Below, piece after piece: positions 25,577-35,904 of a DNA stretch of 52,446 nt (positions within the stretch are counted from its first letter, which is position 1; every line of letters begins with the position of its first letter). The DNA comes from a virus (taxonomy: Duplodnaviria; Caudoviricetes). Where the stretch lies: positions 1 to 52,446 of IMG/VR virus record IMGVR_UViG_3300036792_000044. The stretch is one strand, 5' to 3'. Position numbers and translations under genes: made by a program. A model generated the notes under the pieces. It was given only the letters and a program-made list of their open reading frames with translations. It was not told the DNA's origin and did no database searches.

Positions 25577-27082
25577 TTACTGCGGAACAGGCCAGGCCAC
25601 GACGAACGCGCCGGAGTTAACCGCCGTGAAGTCGTAAACGCCTGCCATGCCTTGGTTTACGAGGTTGAAGTACAGTTTGCCGGTCTGGCCCGCTGGCACC
25701 AGGCCGAGCGCGTTGCTCGGTGTGATAGCGGCCGACGTGTTGTCCGGTCCCGAAGGGTGCGGGATAAATGTGGTGTAGCCCAACGAGTTTCCGAATCCGC
25801 GTGCAACCCGCTGGCCCGTGGTCGGATCGCCCAGCAGTACCTCCGCGCCGACGAGCAGCGGCGTGAATGAAATGTTGAGTCCGAAGATTTGCACCTGGCC
25901 GAAAACGATTGGCTTCCAAGGCCAATCCTGCGCTGGCACGTCGAACGTGCAGATCGGTTGTGTCGCACCGCCGATGCCCATTGCGCTGGTGAACGCCGCC
26001 TCGGGAATGGTGTAAATCATTCCGTACTGCTGCGTAGGTGCCTTCGGAACCCAAATCTTGCGTCCCGCAACCAATCCCACGCTTGGCATGGGCATGGGCG
26101 AGGTCGGTCCACCCACGTCTGTAAACGTCGTAATGCTAGCGTCGGGTATGTTCGCGACGAGCACGTTCTCCTGCCCAATTGCGGTGCCACGGTAGATGTT
26201 ATATCCCGTAGCACCTGAGTTGGGTGGCTCACTCCACGACAGGTCAACACTGTTGGTTGTGCCGGTGAGCGCGCCGGTCGTAACTTCGTTGCTGCCAACG
26301 GTTTCCGCGTTCGTCATGGTGGCGGTCACCTTGTAGAAGTAGGTACCCGCTGGCAGCGCGCCTCCCGTAGTGTGCGGGAGAATCCCCAATGACGTTGGGG
26401 CACCAGGGGTTAACCTCTCTGTGCAGACCAGCGTGTCCCCGGCTTGTGGTGCACGCGTTGTGAAATCGACATCGAGCGCTTCACCGAGTGACGCTGCGGG
26501 ACCGGGAACGCCTCTGGGAGCAGCGATATGGAACTCGAACACGGGGTTGGATGCGATGCCGTCAACGTGAATCCACGAGTCCACGCCGCCTGGCCCGTGA
26601 CCCGAACCCGGTACTTCCAGAACGATATTGGGCGTGATGATGGGGTACGGCCCAGGTGGGCCTGGCGCTCCGACCGGCAACTGTCGCCAACCGATCGCGG
26701 TGCCCCACCACACGTACATCGTTGTGGCAACAGTGTTTCCGTTCTCGTCGGTGACGCCGAACACCCAGAACTTGCCTCGGTCTGCTGCGGTGTCGCCGAG
26801 GTCGGTCGGTAGTTGCGACGGGTCGATCTTGTCGTCATTCTGCCATTGCAGTGCAAACGACGGCTCGCCGGGATCGCCCTTAACACCTTGCAGCACAGGC
26901 ACAGTCAGGACTGCCTGGCGTTGGTACGCCTGCATGGTTGCGGCGAACATGTTGGGATTGTTGATGTCGGTTACCAAGCCCAGCAAGAACATCTGCGTGA
27001 GGATGGTGCCGATGGGCACCGTGTCTCCGACGCTTAGCTGAATGATTTCAGCCTGCGGTGACGGGATGACTGGCGAACTCAT
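25577..27082 (-). CDS. minor tail protein (short collagen-like motifs, FN3/Ig-like insert)
   Basis: GVKGDPGEP and GAPGPPGP; YFYKVTA...VDLSW...ATGYNIYRG. Confidence 0.8.
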   Translation of the reverse strand: MSSPVIPSPQAEIIQLSVGDTVPIGTILTQMFLLGLVTDINNPNMFAATMQAYQRQAVLTVPVLQGVKGDPGEPSFALQWQNDDKIDPSQLPTDLGDTAADRGKFWVFGVTDENGNTVATTMYVWWGTAIGWRQLPVGAPGPPGPYPIITPNIVLEVPGSGHGPGGVDSWIHVDGIASNPVFEFHIAAPRGVPGPAASLGEALDVDFTTRAPQAGDTLVCTERLTPGAPTSLGILPHTTGGALPAGTYFYKVTATMTNAETVGSNEVTTGALTGTTNSVDLSWSEPPNSGATGYNIYRGTAIGQENVLVANIPDASITTFTDVGGPTSPMPMPSVGLVAGRKIWVPKAPTQQYGMIYTIPEAAFTSAMGIGGATQPICTFDVPAQDWPWKPIVFGQVQIFGLNISFTPLLVGAEVLLGDPTTGQRVARGFGNSLGYTTFIPHPSGPDNTSAAITPSNALGLVPAGQTGKLYFNLVNQGMAGVYDFTAVNSGAFVVAWPVPQ

Positions 27083-27369
27083 TTCTCTTGTGTCCCTTCG
27101 GTTTTGATGTTATCGACGTAGTTGATTTTCGCGTGGCCGACCGACCACAATTCGGGTTCTTTCTGCGCGTCCTCGGGTCGAGGGTTGTCCATGACTCGCC
27201 AGACGGGTGCGTCAATCATGGCCTGGTGCATACGTTTTGCGTCTTGCGCCATCTGCTGCATGTGCGGCAGCGCCGTCTTAAGGTCCTTCTGAAACCGGCC
27301 GAGCGCCTGGTGCTGCTCGCCGTCCAGTAGGTGTAAGTTGCTGCTGCGCTTGCGCTTTCGTTGTGTCAT
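27079..27369 (-). CDS. hypothetical protein (minor tail region)
   Basis: 4-bp overlaps with both neighbours. Confidence 0.6.
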   Translation of the reverse strand: MTQRKRKRSSNLHLLDGEQHQALGRFQKDLKTALPHMQQMAQDAKRMHQAMIDAPVWRVMDNPRPEDAQKEPELWSVGHAKINYVDNIKTEGTQEK

Positions 27370-29288
27370 CCGAATATCAATCCTTCTCCGAGGAACGCGC
27401 CGAACATTGTGTACATAGACTGCACTGCGCGCATGAGTCGCGCCTGCGGGTCTGCTTTGTCTTTGTCGTCACCAATGGTGAGTGTATCTTTCAATCCTGT
27501 CTTTCGGTCGACGGCACACTTGTCTCCGTAAATCTGATCGACGTACAGCACGCCATCGAACTCGAATGCGTTGCGGTCGCCCAATTCTGTGTCTACGGTT
27601 AGTGTGTGCGGATGACCGTTGCGCACAACAGCTTTGAAGCTCTGGTATGCACGCGTTTTCCACAAAGCGCTTTGGAGAGTGAGGATTCCGCTTAGTGTGT
27701 ACGCCGTCGAGCTACCGCGCTCGAAATACTCTTGGTAGCTCAGATCGCCATTCCACAAGGCGCGCAACGGATCTGTCCAGCGCTCCCAGGCAAATAGCAC
27801 ATTATCTAGCTGACCTTGATAAAGGTTGTCAAGCCCTGGCGTCATTGGCATTTGGAATGCCGTGTTGATCATCGTGCCGATGGCGACGTTGATCATATCG
27901 CTCAATTGGCTTAGGCCCCAACGAATTGCGAAGGTCTGAAGCTCGTTCACAAGGGCAGGACTACGGCCTCCTGTCATCACCGTGCGGGGCGAGCCTTTGT
28001 GCAGTGTGTGCGTTGCGTCGATGAGTCCGGTGAACTGTCCCTCTCGCCAAATCACCTTGGGCACTTCGGGTGCCACGCCGAGCAGTGACGAGAAGATCGG
28101 GAAGTTGCTACCGTTGTCCTCGAAAACTGGCTCCCCGTCAAGAGATAACCCTGTGTTGGCGTCAATCAGGGTGGTAGACAAGAAGTTATCGAGGTTCACT
28201 CCGATCACGTCGAGCAGCCCATCGAACGCCGTGCCGGTCGGCCCGCGATGGCCCGACTTGTCTTCTATACGGAACACAACGCAGTTACGTAGAGGCTTCG
28301 CAATGGAATTCGCGATCTGAGTCAGTTGACTCAGTCCGAGTAGGTCGGACAGTTCCTCGTACGGATTCCACACGTCCCCAACGAGATACGTGTATGCACG
28401 CAACATGCAGCCTGCGTCTTTGAGCAAATCGCCTGTGGCACTGTGCCAGTCGGTCCACGTCGCGCCGAGCACCGTCCACATGCTGGTGTCGGACACGGGA
28501 TTGACGAACGCAACCTGTATCGGCCATTCCATTGGATTGACGTTGAACAGCGAGTCGGTCGACAGCGGGTTGAGCCACGACGCCGGGTTGAAAACGTTTG
28601 TGAGGAAAGACAATCCAGGCACGAATAGTCGCGCCAGATTGACGAACATCGACATGAACAGTACCGTACGAATCGGTCCCGGCATGATCCACATTTTGGG
28701 TAGCTGGACCTCGGGCGGCAGGAACGGCGAGGCTGCGAAGAGAAGTCGTTTCGCGTGCTCCCGCATCGAAACCGCAAGCATCTCAACGGTACTCGTGCCG
28801 TCCTCGTGACGCTGAATGTTGATCGTGTGAATCTTTCCGCCCCAACGCTTTCGAGCGTCGTTGGCGTTCAACGGATCACGGTCGATGAGCAGGTGTAAGT
28901 CCTCTTCAACCCGCGTGAGGTTGACGATGTAGTCGACCATCCAATTGTCGTAGCGCACAACGTATCTCGCCGTGCCACTGTCGACCATCAGTTCCTCGAA
29001 CTCCGCCGACATTTCGCCGGAAAGCTCGCCCACGATGCTTAAGTTCTTGTCTCCCAAGCGGAATAGCGGACGCTGGCCCGCACTCTTCTCGATGATGGTG
29101 CGCTTGTTGCGAATGTAATTGAAAGCGCCTGCGGGGCTTTGCTTTCCGTTGGGGCAGCCGTTCGCGCCCGGTGTGGGGAACAAGGGTTGCCCGAGCGGGT
29201 TGTTCCACACGTTGGAGAATGCGATGGGTAGCTCAGCGCCCAGGTGGTCTAATGGGTTGAGCGGCACACCAAGTAGAGTCTCGCCCAT
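27366..29288 (-). CDS. minor tail protein (baseplate hub-like)
   Basis: Second gene after the tape measure; RWGGKI and PFLPPEVQLPK motifs resemble actinophage tail hubs. Confidence 0.85.
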   Translation of the reverse strand: MGETLLGVPLNPLDHLGAELPIAFSNVWNNPLGQPLFPTPGANGCPNGKQSPAGAFNYIRNKRTIIEKSAGQRPLFRLGDKNLSIVGELSGEMSAEFEELMVDSGTARYVVRYDNWMVDYIVNLTRVEEDLHLLIDRDPLNANDARKRWGGKIHTINIQRHEDGTSTVEMLAVSMREHAKRLLFAASPFLPPEVQLPKMWIMPGPIRTVLFMSMFVNLARLFVPGLSFLTNVFNPASWLNPLSTDSLFNVNPMEWPIQVAFVNPVSDTSMWTVLGATWTDWHSATGDLLKDAGCMLRAYTYLVGDVWNPYEELSDLLGLSQLTQIANSIAKPLRNCVVFRIEDKSGHRGPTGTAFDGLLDVIGVNLDNFLSTTLIDANTGLSLDGEPVFEDNGSNFPIFSSLLGVAPEVPKVIWREGQFTGLIDATHTLHKGSPRTVMTGGRSPALVNELQTFAIRWGLSQLSDMINVAIGTMINTAFQMPMTPGLDNLYQGQLDNVLFAWERWTDPLRALWNGDLSYQEYFERGSSTAYTLSGILTLQSALWKTRAYQSFKAVVRNGHPHTLTVDTELGDRNAFEFDGVLYVDQIYGDKCAVDRKTGLKDTLTIGDDKDKADPQARLMRAVQSMYTMFGAFLGEGLIFG

Positions 29289-30367
29289 TACCGTGACCTC
29301 TTAAACCGTTGCGGCAGACGAACAACGATTTGCGCGTTGGGGTTGCGAGCCTTAACGTGCAAGTGCGCCACAGCCTTTGGAGGAACGGGGTACAGGAACC
29401 GAATGTACTGTCTCAGCCAAAGTGGTTCTCCGCTAAGCGCTTTCGTCGGTGACAGCAGGAAGTCCAGCAGGCCCGTTGCGCGCAGCAGTTTGTAGAACTC
29501 GTCGTCGTGCGGATCATTCTCGGAGAGAAGGGTTTTCCGCGTCGGGTCGGTGTCGACTGTGACCTGGCCGTCAGTGTCGAAGAGAGGCCCGACCTTGACG
29601 GCGCGCTCCATAATGTTGTCCTGCAATATCACGTCGGCGTCGGTACCGGCCGCGCAGTCGGTGAGCAAGTATTCGACGTAGCTGCCGATGTCGCCGGTAT
29701 TCGGAATGGCAAGTGTCCCATGGTAATAACCGTCTTTGTCTGGTGCGCCTGCTTTGTTCGCGAGCCACGGCATGGTCATTAGTGCGGGCGTGCTGTAGTA
29801 CGGTACAGGAGCGATCCAGTTGATGTCCCAGATAGCTTGGTTGTTGTCGTACATCACGGGGTCGTTCTTCTGTGCTGTATCAACGGTTTTCGCGGGCCAC
29901 ACCTGAATCCAACGCCATCCGCTAAATCGTGTGAACACGCCGAACCATCCGCCGCGTACCTCGTCTTGCCCTGCCCAGAACCGATCCTCACACGCACGGT
30001 ACGTGATGTTATTCATGCCGGGACGGCCGATGAACACACGCAGATTGATCTTGCGCGCAAGGTAATTCACGCGTTCGATGGTCGCACCGAATTGATACGC
30101 CGACTCCGTTACAACCTGCTCGAAGAACAAGTGGTGCTCGCCCTGTAAGTTCTGGTGCAGACGCACACCCTCCCGCCCAGCGAGTGGCCCGTTCAAGTGA
30201 GTTACGTTGCCCGCGTAGTCGATATAGACCATGACAGTTTCCATGGCCTGCAACGGATACGGGAAGTCCTCGATATGTTCATACGTGGCAACGACTTCCG
30301 GCCGCATATAGTCTGCGGCCGGTATCTTGAGGTACGGCCCAGCAGGTATCGGGATGGCTTGTGTCAC
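29288..30367 (-). CDS. minor tail protein (distal tail, Dit-like)
   Basis: First gene after the tape measure; HLNGPLAGREGV and NTGD motifs. Confidence 0.85.
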   Translation of the reverse strand: MTQAIPIPAGPYLKIPAADYMRPEVVATYEHIEDFPYPLQAMETVMVYIDYAGNVTHLNGPLAGREGVRLHQNLQGEHHLFFEQVVTESAYQFGATIERVNYLARKINLRVFIGRPGMNNITYRACEDRFWAGQDEVRGGWFGVFTRFSGWRWIQVWPAKTVDTAQKNDPVMYDNNQAIWDINWIAPVPYYSTPALMTMPWLANKAGAPDKDGYYHGTLAIPNTGDIGSYVEYLLTDCAAGTDADVILQDNIMERAVKVGPLFDTDGQVTVDTDPTRKTLLSENDPHDDEFYKLLRATGLLDFLLSPTKALSGEPLWLRQYIRFLYPVPPKAVAHLHVKARNPNAQIVVRLPQRFKRSR

Positions 30368-33300
30368 GGGAGTCCTCCGGTCTGGCCGTGTAGTTGGGCG
30401 TTCTGTGAATTCTGTTGTTCCTTAACGGGTCCGAGGATTGCATTCGGATCGACATTGGGGGACACGTAAATTGGTTGGTAGTCGCCTTGCACGACCGGGC
30501 CTGGTGCGGGACCGAGCGCGCCGTACGGTTGAGGCATCCCCGTGCCTGGTGAAATGTTAGCTCCTGCACTAACATTCGCTTTCGGCAGGTTGATTCCGAG
30601 TCCGCTCGCGAGGCCGGAAAGCATTCCGCCGCCTACGTTGGACGTGTTGACGCCGCTGCTGCCGCTGCCGCCGCCCATGATTGCGTCGGACCATGCGTTG
30701 GCGGTTCCGAGTGCCCAACCTGCCGCTCCCGTAAGGAGTTTCACCGCGCCCCACTCCCACGGTGGCTTCGCGAACAGGTCGCCGAATCCGAGTTCCTGCC
30801 CTATACCTTGCAGCAGACCAGCGCCCAATTGCTCTGCGCCAGGGAACGCCTTCGCCGCCGAAGTTGTTGCGGCGCTTGGCTTTTTGTACGTCGCCTCTTG
30901 GGCTTTGCGTTCTGCCTCGGTGATCTTGCCGTCTTGCTCGCTGCGGTCGCGCTTCGCCACTTCGAGCGAATGGTTCGCGTCATCGAGTTGCCGTTGCAGT
31001 GAATCTCGTTTGTCTGCATCAGCTTTCGCGTTCTGCGCTGCCGTCGCCGGGTCCTCTTTTACCGGAAGTCCAAGCGCGCCAGTCTTTGTCTTGCGATCCC
31101 CGCCTATGTTGGCAAGCTGCTTGTTGATGTCCGCGATGCGGTCCTGTGCCTGCTTCACTGTCCAATCGAGGTCTGCTGCACGGTCTCTCGCTGCTTGTAT
31201 GTTCTGCTGCGCCTGCACCTGTTGGTCGTACGTTTCGCCGCCGTACACACCAGCACCGCCGTACTGTCCCTCCATGCCGGGATAGTAGGCACCATTGCTG
31301 CCCCCTGGCAGCGTTCCTCCGCCACCCATTGAGTATTGGGCTATAGCGGACGGCTCATTGCTTGTTTGGCCCGTAGACGGCGCTGCAAATCCCTGTGGTT
31401 TCTGGCCTTGCGGGAACCCGCCGCCGAGCGTGCGAACGTGAACGTGGTCAAGATGATTCGCCGTCGCCCCGCCTCGGTCGCTCATCTTGCTAGAAGTACC
31501 GTCGGGATTCCATTGCGCCTGCTGCCACAATACGTACTGCACTCCGAATTGTGCGGCGTGCTGCAAGAAGTATTGTGCGACAGCGTCTCCCAGCGCTTTG
31601 TTGTTGCCGACCATCACGTCGGCCGCTTCACCGGATGCGTGTTCGTTGTAACCGTCTGGGCTGCGGTACATTCCAATATCGTTGACGCCGAACAACGCTT
31701 GCGCTGCACGTGCAACGGCAATCGTATCCACTTGCGCGCCTTGGGTATCCAGCCCGCCGCCCTGGTCGAACCCGTAGACACTTCCCGAGTGCAACGCCTT
31801 GATAAGCCAGCCGTATTTGTCGACTGTGTCTGTGTCCCAAACGTATTCGCCGCGCTTGAGTAGTGCTGCAACGTCGTCGTCTTTGCCGCTGCCCTGTGTG
31901 ATGGGACGGCCGGGTGCGCCGCCTCTTACTTTCTTCTCGACGTAGGTGTTGCCGTTGTCCCAAGCCTTCGGGCCTTGACCGGGATTGCTACCCCAACCGT
32001 TGAGGATGCGCTCGGCAATAGCCTCTTGCTGTTCTTTCGTTGCCTGGTAAGCATATTGGGAGAACGCAAGACCGCCGAACTCGTACCAGGTTTCGGGCTT
32101 GATCTGTAGGCCACCACCCAAAGGCACTCCGGTATTGAAGGTTTCGTTCCACCGACCACCAGATTCCTTCTGCGCGATAGCATCCCAATCCGCGTGGTGC
32201 TGCCCCGGTCCTGCCGGTGGCGGGCCTGCGGTCGCTGGCGCCCCCAGGCCGGAGCCGAGTGTTCCACCAGGAGAAGGGAATTGGCCCGAGCTACCGACTG
32301 GCGGAAACCCCATGGGACCACTAACCCCAGGCATACTCGATCCGGCATTGCCGAACCAACTGTCCGACTTGTGAACTGAGCTATCGGCCGAATTCATTGC
32401 GTCGTCAACGTGACTCGCGAAGTTCAGCCACGACTGACTTGCTTTGTCCACGTCGATTGGGTGTTGCTTGCTCCAATCGGCGAGGTCGCGCATCTTGTCG
32501 CCAACGTTGAGATTCTTAAGCTGGTCGCCCATCTTGCCCGCTGCGTCGGACGCGTCGGACAAGCCGTGACCAATGTCGCGCAAGCCGGGTATGTGCTCCA
32601 TCAATCCGCCTGCGGCCTTACCGAATCCGGCAAGTCCCTCGATTGCACCGTACAGAACGGTGGAGATAGCATCTGCTATCGGAGCGAAGAATTCGAGCAA
32701 GCCTTGGCCGAACTTCTGCAAATCGGCTGCGAACTTTATGATTTCGACACCAGCGATCATCACCGTTTTCTTAATGGTGTCCATGTGATCGGAGACGTAG
32801 TGAGTCAACGCGTCGAGGCCCGTGCTCGCTAGGTGCACTGCCGCCAAACCCATTGGGAGGAAAGCGGCTTCGACTTTGTGCTTGACCTCTTCCCATTCGT
32901 TCTGCAACGTACGGGTCCGCTGGATAAAGTCATCGAGTCCAGCAGCGTTGGCGTTGTACGCATCCGGGCCTTTAGCGACCACGTCAACGTACTGCTGGAC
33001 TGCCTGCATTGCGACGGCCCAACGCCTTGTGCCGAACAGCTTTTCGGCTAGGTCTTGCCCAGCGGCGGTGTCCCCCAACTCTTTTAGACGTTGACCCGCC
33101 ATCTTCATGCCGTCGCCGAACGAAAGCCCTTCGGACGCAAAGTCTTTCATCGCCGCTTGCAGGCCCATCATGACCGAGCGGCCTGGTGCGCCCATCTTCA
33201 TTAGCTCGCCCATAAATGCGCCAGCCTGTTGAAGATTCAGGCCAGCTTCCTTCAAAGTTATTGCAGCGTCACCAGATAACGCCGAAGTCAGTTGCCCGAG

Positions 33301-34383
33301 GTCTTGACCGGAGTTGCGTGCGCTTTGCAGCAGCGACGCCAACGCCGAATCCGTCTCTTCCGCAGGGGTTTTGAACGCAACAAAAATAGACGCAAGGTCA
33401 TCCCCCTTCAAATCGGAGAAACGACCTTGCAATTCCACGACGTGTTTGGTGAGCGCGTCGAGTGCGGGACCAGGCTCCATGTTCAGCATAGATGCGAACT
33501 GCGCCATAGTCTTTCCGGTATTGTTACCGGCAACGTCTAAGGTAGAGAACACCCTTTGGGCGTGAGTGGAGAGTTCTTCTAGTTGTGCGCTTGTGCCACC
33601 AGAGAATTCGACAACCTGGTGCTCGACCTGTTCGTACGTTTCGCCGAGTTCGAGCATCTTCTCGGCGAATTCCTTGGCACCCTCAATGCCCATCTTGAAT
33701 GCCTCGACGGCACCCTCAATGATCTTCTCTGCTACGGCATCGATTGCGCCCGTAAGTTGTTGTGCGGCAGCAACAACGAGGCCACCCATGACACCAGCAA
33801 GCATCTCGCCGCCAGCCGCCGCTCTGGGCATCGCGTCACCTAGTTTGGTGACCTTGGTGTTGTAATCCTCAAGCGCCACACCAGTACTCTTGTGCGCTGC
33901 CTCAAGTTCGTTCTGCGCCTTGGTCTGCTGCTGCATGAGCGGCAGCATGACCGACGCGTTGTTAAACCCGTTCGACCGCGCCGTCGCAACCTTTTGTTCC
34001 GCTTCTGCCGCACGGTTTTCCGCCGCTGTCAGGTTCTCGTACTCTTGGCGGTATTTTGAAAGTGCGTCGGACGCTTCGCCTTTGAGTTTGTTGATGAGTT
34101 TGGTGTCGACCTCGGTGCCGAATTTGTCGATAGCTTTCGACATGCCGAGCGGCAACTCGAACCCTTGGAGTCCCTGCCCGATTGTCTGAGTGAACTTCCC
34201 AACGAAGCTCTGCCCCATGGCTTCTGGCGACGAGCCTGTGTTGAACCCTTGCTCGAATTGGCGCTTGGATTCCTCACCCGCCTTGCGCATTTCGGGTGCC
34301 ATCTTGGACGTTTCCGGCATGACCGGAACCCACAGTGCCGCAAGGTTTATCTCGTTACTGCCATGACCGCCTGGCGTTGTCAT
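30364..34383 (-). CDS. tape measure protein with Rpf-like transglycosylase and peptidase-like domains
   Basis: 1339 aa, Ala/Gly helical; WDAIAQKESGG...GGLQI (Rpf) and EHASGEAAD...NHLDHVHV. Confidence 0.93.
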   Translation of the reverse strand: MTTPGGHGSNEINLAALWVPVMPETSKMAPEMRKAGEESKRQFEQGFNTGSSPEAMGQSFVGKFTQTIGQGLQGFELPLGMSKAIDKFGTEVDTKLINKLKGEASDALSKYRQEYENLTAAENRAAEAEQKVATARSNGFNNASVMLPLMQQQTKAQNELEAAHKSTGVALEDYNTKVTKLGDAMPRAAAGGEMLAGVMGGLVVAAAQQLTGAIDAVAEKIIEGAVEAFKMGIEGAKEFAEKMLELGETYEQVEHQVVEFSGGTSAQLEELSTHAQRVFSTLDVAGNNTGKTMAQFASMLNMEPGPALDALTKHVVELQGRFSDLKGDDLASIFVAFKTPAEETDSALASLLQSARNSGQDLGQLTSALSGDAAITLKEAGLNLQQAGAFMGELMKMGAPGRSVMMGLQAAMKDFASEGLSFGDGMKMAGQRLKELGDTAAGQDLAEKLFGTRRWAVAMQAVQQYVDVVAKGPDAYNANAAGLDDFIQRTRTLQNEWEEVKHKVEAAFLPMGLAAVHLASTGLDALTHYVSDHMDTIKKTVMIAGVEIIKFAADLQKFGQGLLEFFAPIADAISTVLYGAIEGLAGFGKAAGGLMEHIPGLRDIGHGLSDASDAAGKMGDQLKNLNVGDKMRDLADWSKQHPIDVDKASQSWLNFASHVDDAMNSADSSVHKSDSWFGNAGSSMPGVSGPMGFPPVGSSGQFPSPGGTLGSGLGAPATAGPPPAGPGQHHADWDAIAQKESGGRWNETFNTGVPLGGGLQIKPETWYEFGGLAFSQYAYQATKEQQEAIAERILNGWGSNPGQGPKAWDNGNTYVEKKVRGGAPGRPITQGSGKDDDVAALLKRGEYVWDTDTVDKYGWLIKALHSGSVYGFDQGGGLDTQGAQVDTIAVARAAQALFGVNDIGMYRSPDGYNEHASGEAADVMVGNNKALGDAVAQYFLQHAAQFGVQYVLWQQAQWNPDGTSSKMSDRGGATANHLDHVHVRTLGGGFPQGQKPQGFAAPSTGQTSNEPSAIAQYSMGGGGTLPGGSNGAYYPGMEGQYGGAGVYGGETYDQQVQAQQNIQAARDRAADLDWTVKQAQDRIADINKQLANIGGDRKTKTGALGLPVKEDPATAAQNAKADADKRDSLQRQLDDANHSLEVAKRDRSEQDGKITEAERKAQEATYKKPSAATTSAAKAFPGAEQLGAGLLQGIGQELGFGDLFAKPPWEWGAVKLLTGAAGWALGTANAWSDAIMGGGSGSSGVNTSNVGGGMLSGLASGLGINLPKANVSAGANISPGTGMPQPYGALGPAPGPVVQGDYQPIYVSPNVDPNAILGPVKEQQNSQNAQLHGQTGGLP

Positions 34384-34796
34384 GTATTAGCTTCCTCACG
34401 CGCTATGCGTTGGCGCTCACGGAGTTTCGCCGTGAATTCGTCAACGGGATGGGCCTCCAACGGGATTCCCATGTACGGTGCTGTGACGGTACCGTGCTTG
34501 TCCGACAACGGTTTTGAAGCTGGAGCCGAATCTACCTCTGGCCGAGGGTATCTCGCGTTCAGGCTCACCAACCCGGCTTGCTGCTCACCAAGATTCGCAA
34601 TCAACTCGTCGGTGCGTGACCAACGCGTTTGGTCAAAGTGATGAACAGCAGTACCGGGCGGTGCAGCCAGAACAACCGAAATGAACTCGCAGACAGTAAG
34701 TTTCGTACCGATGTCGTCGGCGTGGTACCCGAGGTCGAGTAGGTCACGCTCGACTGCGTGCCAGTGTTCGTTTATGCACGCAGCGAGCGCAATCAT
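34380..34796 (-). CDS. tail assembly chaperone, frameshifted (-1) extension
   Basis: In the -1 frame relative to the upstream chaperone, entered at GGGGAAA. Confidence 0.75.
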   Translation of the reverse strand: MIALAACINEHWHAVERDLLDLGYHADDIGTKLTVCEFISVVLAAPPGTAVHHFDQTRWSRTDELIANLGEQQAGLVSLNARYPRPEVDSAPASKPLSDKHGTVTAPYMGIPLEAHPVDEFTAKLRERQRIAREEANT

Positions 34797-35215
34797 TTCC
34801 CCGACGTAACCGCGCCCTTCGGCCCGCCGCCGCGTGCAGCTTTCATGACCTCGAACCACTGGTCGAACATCTCGAAATACTCACCGTCAGGCAGGATTTG
34901 GGCCTGGCGCTGAATGTCTTTCGGGACTCTCGCACGGTCCAGCCACTTCCACGTTTGCGCGAGCCTGGGAAGCTGCGCCACGTCGAAGAACCAGAGTTTG
35001 TCCGGTGGGTCGAAACCGTTGATAGCCAACAGGATTGGCTCGTCACCGCTCTTGGGCTGGTACGAGAAGTACTGCACCCCTTCAGGATACGGCGACAGCT
35101 TCTCCGCTGCCTTGTCGGGCGAGGGCAACCCTTCGAGTAGGTTTACCTCTTGGGCTGGCGGCTTCTTTTTGGCCGTATTCGACCGTGCGCCAGTCCTTTT
35201 CGCTGCGGTAGCCAT
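34793..35215 (-). CDS. tail assembly chaperone
   Basis: Between the major tail and tape measure genes; ends TCG GGG AAA TGA. Confidence 0.8.
   Translation of the reverse strand: MATAAKRTGARSNTAKKKPPAQEVNLLEGLPSPDKAAEKLSPYPEGVQYFSYQPKSGDEPILLAINGFDPPDKLWFFDVAQLPRLAQTWKWLDRARVPKDIQRQAQILPDGEYFEMFDQWFEVMKAARGGGPKGAVTSGK
34796..34802 (-). other. programmed -1 frameshift slippery site GGGGAAA
   Basis: Immediately before the chaperone stop; the -1 frame stays open to 34380. Confidence 0.7.
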
Positions 35216-35216
35216 C

Positions 35217-35825
35217 TTACGTGGTCTGCCCGTCGTTGACGTAGAGGTACCCGTGGTTCTTGTTGCTGTCGGGGTACGCCTTGAGCGTGCACTCGATGGT
35301 CATGTACGCCTTGTGGGTCATGTCGATTTCACCGACAGTCACGACGCGTCCAATCGGAATGACAATGCGGACAAGGTTTTCCGCGTAGAAACCGTCGAAC
35401 ACCCACGAGCGCGTGTCGAGCAACTTGGGGTTGAACTTGACGGCGATTTCCTTGCCGTTCGTCGCAGTCGCCGCGACGACTGAAACGTTGGAGATTCCGA
35501 AGCTGGCTTTCAAGACCTCGACGTTGCGGAATTGCATGAGCCGGAACGTCATTGTCCTGTCGTACTGCGTCTGCAACGTACCCGCGAGGTCGCCGCCCCA
35601 GACGAAAACGTCTGTCGTGGAGCGGGTTTCACGCTGCTTGAGTCCGTTGTCGTCGGCGAACCCGAGGTCGGCGAACCCGGTTGACGGCGTACCGTCGAGG
35701 TCGGCGTAACTCGTTGTGGGAAGGGCAGTTCCGATGGGTGCCCAGAGAATCGATCCACTGGTGCGTGGTGATGGAGCCAGTAGTTCCAGCACGCTATCAG
35801 CTGTAACTGGCACGGGTGCAGTCAT
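35217..35825 (-). CDS. major tail protein
   Basis: APIGTALPT, LGFADDNG and VWGG motifs; GAAAGG SD; synteny. Confidence 0.88.
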   Translation of the reverse strand: MTAPVPVTADSVLELLAPSPRTSGSILWAPIGTALPTTSYADLDGTPSTGFADLGFADDNGLKQRETRSTTDVFVWGGDLAGTLQTQYDRTMTFRLMQFRNVEVLKASFGISNVSVVAATATNGKEIAVKFNPKLLDTRSWVFDGFYAENLVRIVIPIGRVVTVGEIDMTHKAYMTIECTLKAYPDSNKNHGYLYVNDGQTT

Positions 35826-35861
35826 AATGCTTGCCTTTCAATGTGTTTCGGTTGTTTTCTG

Positions 35862-35897
35862 GTATTCAGTTGTGTATTCAGTTGTGTATTCGGTTGG
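35862..35897. repeat. 12-bp tandem repeat x3 (GTATTCAGTTGT)
   Basis: Two perfect copies and one imperfect copy in the gap before the major tail gene. Confidence 0.85.
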
Positions 35898-35904
35898 TAT
35901 GCAA

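Noticed and set aside
34796-34802. Tail chaperone frameshift as a novelty
   Set aside because: A standard feature of long-tailed phages; listed as a feature only.
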